From Micrococcus luteus NCTC 2665 (GTDB lineage: Bacteria > Actinomycetota > Actinomycetes > Actinomycetales > Micrococcaceae), in assembly GCF_000023205.1 (NCBI RefSeq), contig NC_012803.1, positions 120,001-152,000 on the forward strand: a DNA stretch of 32,000 nucleotides. The letters are read 5' to 3'. A program made the translations under genes and the position numbers. The notes under the pieces are model-generated. The model was not told where the DNA came from. It did no database searches and saw nothing but the letters and a program-made list of their open reading frames with translations. Below are positions 25,286 through 32,000 of the stretch, piece after piece (the stretch's first letter is position 1; every line of letters starts with the position of its first letter).

Positions 25286-26161
25286 TCAGGACTGGTGCAG
25301 GGCTAGGCGCTCGTGCACAGCGCGGACCGTCGGATTGCGCCATGCCTCGACCGTGACCATGAGCCAGTACTCCATCCGGTGGCGGAAGACGTTCGGCAGG
25401 ATGGGGACCAGGTCGGGGTCATCGCCTGCGCAGAAGTCGGGCAGCAGCCCGATGCCGGCCCCGGCCCGGGTCGCCGCCACTTGGGCCATGACACTGGTCG
25501 AGCTGGCACCGGTCCGCATGTGTCGAAGCGACTCGCGCGCGGCGTCCAGGGATTCGGTGCTCAGTTCCGTCTCCACGTAATAGACGAGCGGGTGGTCACC
25601 CAGGTCGGCCAGGTCCTGTGGAGCACCGTGCCGTCGGACGTAGTCCTCGGATGCGTAGAGCCGGAGTTCGTAGTCGCGGAGGAAGCGGGTCAGGGCACGG
25701 GACTGCCCGGGGTGGCCGACGGTGACCACCATGTCCAGGTCCGTGTGTGACATGCGGCCCCGCGCCGGGTTCGTCCGGATCTGGACCTGCAGGCGGGGAT
25801 GAGCGGCTTGGAGCTCGGCGATGCTCGGCGCCGCGAATGCCACGGCGAACGCCTCTGGAACTCCGAGACGGATGACCCCGTGAAGGTCGCCTCGGTGCCG
25901 ACCCGTCAGAGGCTCCACGGCGGCTTCGAGCGCGCGCGCGGCAGCGAGCGCCTTCTCGCCCAGTGGCGTCACCTCCATCCCTGCAGGACCCCGGACGACG
26001 ACCCGGCCGCCCAGGGCCGCCTCGAGCGCCTTCAAGCGGCGTGTGACCGTCGTCCGATTCACCTGCAATTCCTCTGCAGCTGCATCGAGGCGACCCTCTC
26101 GGACGACGAGGAGGAGGGTGACCAGCCCTTCCATCTGGGTGACGGCTTTCCAGCGCTCCAT
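25286..26161 (-). CDS. LysR-family transcriptional regulator
   Basis: The N-terminal wHTH reads LVTLLLVVREGRLDAAAEELQVNRTTVTRRLKALE, followed by an LTTR substrate-binding domain. The start is ambiguous: GTG 26176 in the track, ATG 26161, or ATG 26134. Confidence 0.88.
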   Translation of the reverse strand: MERWKAVTQMEGLVTLLLVVREGRLDAAAEELQVNRTTVTRRLKALEAALGGRVVVRGPAGMEVTPLGEKALAAARALEAAVEPLTGRHRGDLHGVIRLGVPEAFAVAFAAPSIAELQAAHPRLQVQIRTNPARGRMSHTDLDMVVTVGHPGQSRALTRFLRDYELRLYASEDYVRRHGAPQDLADLGDHPLVYYVETELSTESLDAARESLRHMRTGASSTSVMAQVAATRAGAGIGLLPDFCAGDDPDLVPILPNVFRHRMEYWLMVTVEAWRNPTVRAVHERLALHQS

Positions 26162-26166
26162 CGGCT

Positions 26167-26196
26167 GATGATGCACGAACGCACATCATCTGTGCA
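26167..26196. promoter_or_regulatory. nested dyads in the LysR/mmsB divergent region; candidate LTTR operator
   Basis: GATGATG (26167-26173) pairs with CATCATC (26184-26190). GCACA-TCATC-TGTGC forms a second dyad at 26181-26195. The site is about 95-120 nt upstream of the mmsB ATG. Confidence 0.3.
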
Positions 26197-26288
26197 ATTT
26201 CCCCTCTCGCAGATGCATTGATACCCACACGGACCCGCCCTTAGTGTGAGCTGCACCACAGCACGGCAACGTAGGAGGCTGGATTGAG

Positions 26289-27194
26289 ATGACTCGTTTC
26301 GCTTGGATTGGACTCGGGAACATGGGCGCGCCCATGGCTGGCAACCTGGTCGCGTCCGGCCATGCAGTCAGCGGGTACGACCTGAGTGACGCGGCCCGGG
26401 AGGACGCGCGAAGGGTGGGCGTGGACGTCGTCGGCTCCATTGCGGAGGCCGTCGCCGACGCCGACGTGGTGGTGACGATGCTTCCGAAGGGCCAGCACGT
26501 GCGCGACGTGCTCTCCCAGGACGGCGGGGTGTTCAGCAACGCCCGTCCGGGGACGCTCATCATGGACTCGTCCACCGTGGACATCGAGACGTCCCGCTGG
26601 TGTCACGAGGAAGCGCCCAAGCATGGCGTGCGCTTCGTCGATGCCCCGGTGAGCGGGGGCACGTCCGGGGCCGCTGCCGCGACCCTCGCGTTCATGATCG
26701 GCGGAAGCGAGGCCGATGTCGCCGAAGCCCTGGAGCACGTGAAGCCGATGTCGGGCAAGGCGTTCGCCGCGGGCGGGCCGACGGCGGGCATCGCCGCCAA
26801 AATCGCCAACAACATGATGCTGTTCATCACGCAGATGGCGGCGTCCGAAGGGTCCCAGCTCGCGAAACATCTGGGACTGGACCCGAAGACCTTTTGGGAG
26901 ATCACGACGGCCTCATCCGGCATGTCCTGGTCGCAGCAGACGTGGTATCCCGTCGCGGGGGTCGTTCCGAGTGCCGCCGCCAACAACAACTTCGAGGCCA
27001 GCTTCCGAGCGGACCTGGCCATCAAGGACGTCACCTTGGCGGTGGATGCGGGAAAGGCCGCCGGCCTTCACCTCGAGGCGGCGTCTCTCGCCCAAGAGCA
27101 ACTGCACCGGCTACGTGACGAAGGTCTGGGTGACAAGGACTGCACCCTCGTCGTGAAGTACGTGACGCCTGGCAAGAGCCAGGCCGAGATCTGA
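26289..27194 (+). CDS. mmsB: 3-hydroxyisobutyrate dehydrogenase
   Basis: Has the N-terminal FAWIGLGNMGAPMAGNL NAD-binding motif, then DAPVSGG and GAAKIANN-like IAAKIANNMML. The SD is GTAGGAGG. It is paired with mmsA immediately downstream. Confidence 0.88.
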   Translation: MTRFAWIGLGNMGAPMAGNLVASGHAVSGYDLSDAAREDARRVGVDVVGSIAEAVADADVVVTMLPKGQHVRDVLSQDGGVFSNARPGTLIMDSSTVDIETSRWCHEEAPKHGVRFVDAPVSGGTSGAAAATLAFMIGGSEADVAEALEHVKPMSGKAFAAGGPTAGIAAKIANNMMLFITQMAASEGSQLAKHLGLDPKTFWEITTASSGMSWSQQTWYPVAGVVPSAAANNNFEASFRADLAIKDVTLAVDAGKAAGLHLEAASLAQEQLHRLRDEGLGDKDCTLVVKYVTPGKSQAEI

Positions 27195-27225
27195 ACGATT
27201 CCACGCATACACGCAGGAGCTGAGC

Positions 27226-28728
27226 ATGACCACCATGTCCGCAGGAAAGACCACCGTCATCGAACACTTCATCGGGGGGAAGGCTCGGGGCGGCGACCGC
27301 ACCACCCCCGTTTACAACCCGGCGACGGGCCAGCAGATCGCTGAGCTCGTCCAGGCGCCGTCGTCCCGGGTCGACGAAGCCGTGCGGGACGCGGTGCGCG
27401 CACAGCGGGAGTGGCGGCGCGTCGGGTTGGTGAAGCGTTCGAAGATCATGTTTCGGGCCCGGGAAATCATCGACGCGCGGAAGGACGAGCTGGCTCGGAT
27501 CATCACGAGAGAACACGGCAAGGTCCACTCCGACGCACTCGGCGAGATCGCGCGGGGGATGGAGAACGTCGAGTTCTGCGCCGGGCTCCTGCATCACATG
27601 AAGGGAGAGTTCGCCGAGCAGGTGGCCGACGGTGTCGACGTCAAGCAGATCCGGCAGCCGGTGGGGGTGGTTGCGTGCATCACGCCCTTCAACTTCCCTG
27701 CCATGGTGCCGCTCTGGATGTTCACCACGGCGATCGCTGCCGGCAACGCCGTCGTCCTCAAGCCGAGCGAGCGCGACCCTTCAGCCGCCAACTGGCTGGC
27801 TGAGGTCTTTCTGGAGGCGGGCCTGCCTGAGGGCATCCTGAATGTCGTCCACGGCGACAAGGAGGCGGTGGACGCGCTCCTCAGCCACCCGCAGGTCAAG
27901 GCTGTCTCCTTTGTGGGTTCGACGCCGGTGGCCCATCACATCTACACGACGGCCGCGAACGAGGGGAAGCGCGTTCAGGCTTTGGGCGGGGCCAAGAACC
28001 ACATGGTCGTCATGCCGGACGCCGACCTCGAGAGCGCGGCCGCCGCGGCTGTCTCGGCCGCCTTCGGTTCTGCCGGCGAGCGCTGCATGGCGATCTCGGT
28101 GGCGGTGGTGGTGGGCGACATCGGCGACCAGTTCGTCGACCGGGTCACGGAACTGGCCCGGGCACTCGTCGTCCGTCCGGGCGACCAGCCCGAAGCCGAT
28201 ATGGGCCCGCTCATCACCCGCGACGCGCTGGAGCGGGTCACGTCCTATGTGGACAGCGCCGCGCAGGAGGGTGGAACGCTCGTGCTGGACGGGAGGACCC
28301 ACGACGTGCCGACCGAGGGCTTCTTCATTGGGCCCAGCATCGTCGACCATGTCCGGCCGGGCATGAAGGTCTACGACGACGAGATCTTCGGCCCCGTGCT
28401 GGCGATCGTGCGCGTGGACACGTATGAGGACGCGGTCAACCTGATCAACGAGAACCGGTTCGCGAACGGCACGTCGGTGTTCACCCGCGATGGGAAGACC
28501 GTGCGCTCGTTCGAGTACGACATCGAAGTCGGCATGGTCGGGGTGAACATCCCGATCCCCGTCCCGGTGGGCTCGTTCAGTTTCGGAGGCTGGAAGGACT
28601 CGCTGTTCGGGGACACGCACATGTACGGCCCCGAGGGGTTCAACTTCTACACCCGGCGAAAGGTCGTCTCCTCTCGTTGGCCCGAGGCCAGCGAGTCCCA
28701 AGTCGACCTCGGGTTCCCCTCCCACTGA
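27226..28728 (+). CDS. mmsA: CoA-acylating methylmalonate-semialdehyde dehydrogenase
   Basis: 500-aa ALDH family member with ITPFNFPAMVPLWMF, the catalytic Cys in GERCMA, and the C-terminal GGWKDSLFGD typical of MmsA/IolA. Confidence 0.92.
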   Translation: MTTMSAGKTTVIEHFIGGKARGGDRTTPVYNPATGQQIAELVQAPSSRVDEAVRDAVRAQREWRRVGLVKRSKIMFRAREIIDARKDELARIITREHGKVHSDALGEIARGMENVEFCAGLLHHMKGEFAEQVADGVDVKQIRQPVGVVACITPFNFPAMVPLWMFTTAIAAGNAVVLKPSERDPSAANWLAEVFLEAGLPEGILNVVHGDKEAVDALLSHPQVKAVSFVGSTPVAHHIYTTAANEGKRVQALGGAKNHMVVMPDADLESAAAAAVSAAFGSAGERCMAISVAVVVGDIGDQFVDRVTELARALVVRPGDQPEADMGPLITRDALERVTSYVDSAAQEGGTLVLDGRTHDVPTEGFFIGPSIVDHVRPGMKVYDDEIFGPVLAIVRVDTYEDAVNLINENRFANGTSVFTRDGKTVRSFEYDIEVGMVGVNIPIPVPVGSFSFGGWKDSLFGDTHMYGPEGFNFYTRRKVVSSRWPEASESQVDLGFPSH

Positions 28729-28767
28729 GCCGTCGGCTCACTGACAACCTCGTGAGATGAACACTCC

Positions 28768-30237
28768 ATGATCATCGGATTCCTGGGCATCATCCTCTCC
28801 TTGCTCCTCCTCATCACCATGGCCTACCGGGGGACCTCGGTGGTCATCGCGGCCCCGGTGTGCGCCGCCGTGGCGATGGTCTTTTCGGGGGCGCCCTTCC
28901 TGGCGACATACACGGACATCTTCATGCCCGCGCTGGGCAAGTTCATCACCAGCTACTTCCCGATCTTCGTGACCGGAGCGATCTTCGGACGGCTGATGTC
29001 GATCACCGGGTACGCCCGCGCCGTCGCCCAGGTCATCACCCGGTGGCTGCGCCCTCAGCGAGCCATCCTGGCGACGGTGTTCACCGCCGCCATCCTGACG
29101 TATGGCGGCGTAAGTGTGTTCGTGGCCGTGTTCGTGATGTTCCCCCTCGCGAAGGAACTCTTCCGCATGGCTGACCTGCCCCGGCGGATGATCCCGGCCA
29201 CGATCGCGCTGGGCATCCTGACCTTCACGATGACGGCCCTCCCGGGGACACCCCAGATCCAGAACATCATCCCGGGGCAGTTCTTCGGCACAGGCACGTT
29301 TGCCGCGCCGATCGTCGGCGTGGTGGGAAGTGTCCTGATGCTCGGCCTCGGCATGGTGTGGCTGCACTTCCGGGTCGGACGGCTGGTCGCGGCTGGGGAA
29401 CGGTTCGGTCACCTGACCGATCTGGAGCGGGCGGCGGGCGTGGGCGAGGCTGACGCGGGAAAGGCAGCCGGCTCGACCGGCGACGCCGCCGTCGGCACTC
29501 TCGTGAGAGAGTCCGAGGCCGGGGAGGTGCTCCTTCCGGAGCCACGGAACGCGCTGCTGCCCTTCTTGCCGATCCTGGCGGTCTTTGTGGTCAACCTGCT
29601 CGCGACGACAGTTGTCTTCCCGGCCATGGACTGGGGCTATCTCCAGGAGGAGAAGTACGGTGGGGCCACTCTGGCCAGCCGGTCCGCGGTTTGGGCCGTC
29701 CTCTCGGCCCTGCTGGCCGCCGTGGCGATCATCGTCCTGCTCAACGTCCGCCATCTGCGTGTGATTTGGGAGAACTTCATCGTCGGCGCCCAGCGGTCAC
29801 TGGTGCCCATCTTCAGCACCGCGTCGGAGGTAGGCTACGGGGCGGTCATCGCCTCTCTGCCGGCCTTCGCCATCGTCAAGAACGGCATCCTGGCCCCCGG
29901 CATGAATGCCTTGGCGGCGACGGCGATCTCCACCTCGGTCATCGCCGGCATCACGGGTTCGGCCTCGGGCGGCATGACGATCGCGTTGAACGCCATCGGC
30001 GAGGACCTCCGATCTCTGGCGGTCGAGCAGGGCTACAGCCTCGAGTTGCTCCACCGAGTCACCGCAATGGCATCCGGAGGACTCGACTCGATGCCCCACA
30101 ACGGGGCCGTGATCACTCTGCTCCTCGTGTGTGGCATGACGCACCGCGAGTCGTACAAGGACGTGGCGGTGATCACGCTCGTGATCCCCGTACTGGCCGT
30201 CGCCGTGATCATCCTGGGGGCACTCGCCGTCGCCTGA
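28768..30237 (+). CDS. GntP-family (gluconate/hydroxy-acid:H+ symporter-like) permease
   Basis: 489 aa, polytopic, with about 12 or more hydrophobic segments, a central hydrophilic loop (about 29400-29560) and a GntP-like N-terminus. The family call is by overall pattern and is unverified. Confidence 0.75.
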   Translation: MIIGFLGIILSLLLLITMAYRGTSVVIAAPVCAAVAMVFSGAPFLATYTDIFMPALGKFITSYFPIFVTGAIFGRLMSITGYARAVAQVITRWLRPQRAILATVFTAAILTYGGVSVFVAVFVMFPLAKELFRMADLPRRMIPATIALGILTFTMTALPGTPQIQNIIPGQFFGTGTFAAPIVGVVGSVLMLGLGMVWLHFRVGRLVAAGERFGHLTDLERAAGVGEADAGKAAGSTGDAAVGTLVRESEAGEVLLPEPRNALLPFLPILAVFVVNLLATTVVFPAMDWGYLQEEKYGGATLASRSAVWAVLSALLAAVAIIVLLNVRHLRVIWENFIVGAQRSLVPIFSTASEVGYGAVIASLPAFAIVKNGILAPGMNALAATAISTSVIAGITGSASGGMTIALNAIGEDLRSLAVEQGYSLELLHRVTAMASGGLDSMPHNGAVITLLLVCGMTHRESYKDVAVITLVIPVLAVAVIILGALAVA

Positions 30238-30261
30238 CGCCGATCCGATCCGTCCCCGCGG

Positions 30262-30298
30262 CCGGGCGCGGCACCGCGCGTGACCGTGCCGCGCCCGG
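30262..30298 (+). terminator. perfect 13-bp GC stem / 11-nt loop hairpin after the permease gene
   Basis: CCGGGCGCGGCAC (30262-30274) pairs with GTGCCGCGCCCGG (30286-30298), 25 nt downstream of the stop. Confidence 0.6.
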
Positions 30299-30301
30299 AA
30301 C

Positions 30302-30323
30302 CGTCACCGGCTGTTCACCGGAC
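30302..30323 (+). promoter_or_regulatory. candidate PHO box: two tandem 11-nt direct-repeat units
   Basis: CGTCACCGGCT followed by GTTCACCGGAC. The units share TCACCGG with 11-nt phasing, and the second unit carries the GTTCACC core described for actinobacterial PhoP. The site is about 90 nt upstream of the glpQ ATG. Confidence 0.4.
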
Positions 30324-30413
30324 GGGCCGTCTGTGGCCGGTGGGGGGCCACCCGGTCGACACCCGGATCTGGCCCACTGGAGCGGTCATCCCCCTCCCGG
30401 AAAGGACCGTTCC

Positions 30414-31640
30414 ATGACCTCCGTCCGTCGTCACGCCGCCCGCGGCCTCGTGGCCCTCGCCGCCGCCGTCGCCGTCAGCGCCCCGCTGGCCGCCCCGGCC
30501 GCCGCCGCCCCCGCCACAACGGAGGCCCCGGCTGCCGCGCAGTCCGTCGCGGGCAAGCCCGTGGTGCGCCCCGGCGTCGTGGGCCACCGTGGCGCCTCCG
30601 GCTACCGCCCCGAGCACACCCTGGCCGCCTACGAGCTGGCCGCCGCCCAGGGCGCGGACGTGATCGAGCCGGACCTGGTCGCCACCAAGGACGGCGTGCT
30701 CGTGGTCCGCCACGAGAACCTGATCGACGGCACCACGGACGTCGCCCAGCGACCCGAGTTCGCGGACCGCAAGACCACCAAGGTCGTCGACGGCGTGGCC
30801 CTCACCGGCTGGTTCACCGAGGACTTCACCCTCGCCGAGCTCAAGACCCTGCGCGCCAAGGAGCGCCTGCCGCAGGTCCGCCCCGAGTCCGCGTCCTACG
30901 ACGGCCGGTACCAGGTGCCCACCTTCGAGGAGGTGCTCGAACTGCGGGAGCGCCTCTCCACTCGGCACGGCCGGCAGATCGGCGTCATCCCCGAGATCAA
31001 GCACCCCACCTACTTCGACTCCATCGGCTTGTCCATGGAGGAGCGCGTCGTCGAGCTGCTCGACGAGCACGGCCTGAACAAGCGCAACGCCCCCGCCACC
31101 GTGCAGTCCTTCGAGCTCGCCAACCTGCGCGATCTCAACGAGAACCTCGGCCTCAAGGCCGAGACGGTGTTCCTGTCCAGCGTCAACGGCGCGCCCTACG
31201 ACTCCGTGGCCGCCGGCGACACCGTCCGCGACTACGACTTCTACGCGACCGCCGCGGGCATGCGCGAGGTCCGCGCGGCCGGCGTCGACACGCTCGGCCC
31301 GGCCTTCGCGCAGATCATCACCAAGCAGAAGGACGGCTCGATGGGTGAGGAGACCGCGTTCGTCTCCCTCGCCCACCGCGCGGGCCTCGAGGTGGTGCCG
31401 TACACCTTCCGCGCCGAGAACCAGTTCCTCTACACGGAGTTCCGCTCCTCCACGGACCCGAACGCGCAGGGCGACATGGTCGGCATGATCCAGCCGTTCC
31501 TCGACGCCGGCATCGACGGCTTCTTCACCGACCCCCCCGACCTCGGCGTGCAGGCCGTGGACACCTGGATGCAGGGCAAGAAGGAGCACCCGGGCCGGGG
31601 CGTCGGCAAGACCGCCCAGCGGGGCCTGCAGGGGCGCTGA
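30414..31640 (+). CDS. glpQ: secreted glycerophosphodiester phosphodiesterase
   Basis: Has GDPD motifs HRGASGYRPEHT and EPDLVATKDGVLVVRHE. The N-terminal signal peptide MTSVRRHAARGLVALAAAVAVSAPLAAPAAAAP has an RR. ATG 30414 was chosen within the long track ORF 29691-31640. Confidence 0.88.
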   Translation: MTSVRRHAARGLVALAAAVAVSAPLAAPAAAAPATTEAPAAAQSVAGKPVVRPGVVGHRGASGYRPEHTLAAYELAAAQGADVIEPDLVATKDGVLVVRHENLIDGTTDVAQRPEFADRKTTKVVDGVALTGWFTEDFTLAELKTLRAKERLPQVRPESASYDGRYQVPTFEEVLELRERLSTRHGRQIGVIPEIKHPTYFDSIGLSMEERVVELLDEHGLNKRNAPATVQSFELANLRDLNENLGLKAETVFLSSVNGAPYDSVAAGDTVRDYDFYATAAGMREVRAAGVDTLGPAFAQIITKQKDGSMGEETAFVSLAHRAGLEVVPYTFRAENQFLYTEFRSSTDPNAQGDMVGMIQPFLDAGIDGFFTDPPDLGVQAVDTWMQGKKEHPGRGVGKTAQRGLQGR

Positions 31641-31816
31641 CCCCGTCCTGACCGGAGACGACGCCGTCGCGCCGGCCGACCCCGGCGGGCCCGAGGTCTT
31701 CCGGCGCCTCCGTCGCGGTGCTTACCTTGGCCCTCAAGACCGGTGGGCCCGGTGACGTGGACGGCCAGAAGGGTCGGCCACGAGGGGCCGCCGACCCGGA
31801 CGAAGGAAGGCACAGC

Positions 31817-32000
31817 ATGACGACGAACACGCCGAAGAACGCCCACGGCTCCTCAGCCGAGGGCCGTGACGCCAAGAACCAGGCGAAGGACAAGGCCCAG
31901 CAGGCCGCGGGCGAGGCCCAGGGCCAGGCGAAGGCCGTGGCCCACGACGCCAAGGACAAGGCCCAGGACCTCGCGGCCACCGCCAAGCACGAGGCCGGCC
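31817..32000 (+). CDS. partial (5' end) Lys/Ala/Gln/Asp-rich repeat protein, LEA/general-stress-like
   Basis: Absent from the track because it has no stop in the window. It follows GAAGGAAGG-N7-ATG. My translation is MTTNTPKNAHGSSAEGRDAKNQAKDKAQQAAGEAQGQAKAVAHDAKDKAQDLAATAKHEAG, with very high GC3. The antisense track ORF 31525-31986 is an artefact. Confidence 0.55.
   Translation, partial: MTTNTPKNAHGSSAEGRDAKNQAKDKAQQAAGEAQGQAKAVAHDAKDKAQDLAATAKHEAG

Noticed and set aside
22881-25343. 820-aa minus-strand ORF antisense to the S9 peptidase. Similar long antisense or off-frame ORFs occur at 13394-15355, 7080-9116, 17736-19391, 20030-21646, 15747-16943, 27781-28725 and 30315-31589
   Set aside because: All are mirror-frame artefacts of well-supported genes (ftsH, dacB, folK/PH, DUF2520, folP, mmsA, glpQ). 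Their composition is low-complexity Arg/Gly/His/Asp.

Overview
High-GC actinobacterial chromosome segment. The order ppa-dacB-metalloprotease-tilS-hpt-ftsH-folE-folP-folB-folK is the conserved Actinomycetota core block, and a Micrococcales-like source is my inference only. I support about 31 protein genes. In order they are: a partial amidase, a rhodanese, pheA, a DAG-kinase-like lipid kinase, serS, a HAD hydrolase, a SatD-like protein, ppa, a PBP4-type DD-peptidase, an HExxH metalloprotease, tilS and hpt. These are followed by a DUF559 endonuclease-fold gene, ftsH, and a translationally coupled run folE-folP-folB-folK-DUF3180-PH-PH-DUF2520. The window ends with an LMW phosphotyrosine phosphatase, an acidic hypothetical, an S9 peptidase, a visibly lower-GC LysR-mmsB-mmsA-GntP block, glpQ and a partial LEA-like gene. 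I saw no rRNA, tRNA, CRISPR array, transposase or recognisable defence operon. Many long ORFs in the track are Arg/Pro/Gly/Ala-rich off-frame or antisense artefacts of the high GC. Four things are most worth a second look. (1) An 18-nt palindromic repeat family (CTTTCGTTCGGGAAACGG) occurs nine times in REP/BIME-like inverted clusters. It forms a compact about 200-bp element at 2269-2465, and the same architecture is split around the phosphatase gene at 21683-22465. (2) A DUF559 gene sits in the normally contiguous hpt-ftsH junction. It is bracketed by an imperfect about 60-nt direct repeat that includes a relic of its own C-terminus and stop codon. (3) Three uncharacterised membrane proteins and DUF2520 are chained to the folate genes by start/stop overlaps. 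(4) A candidate PHO box lies upstream of glpQ. All functional calls rest on motif recognition by eye; no database search was possible.
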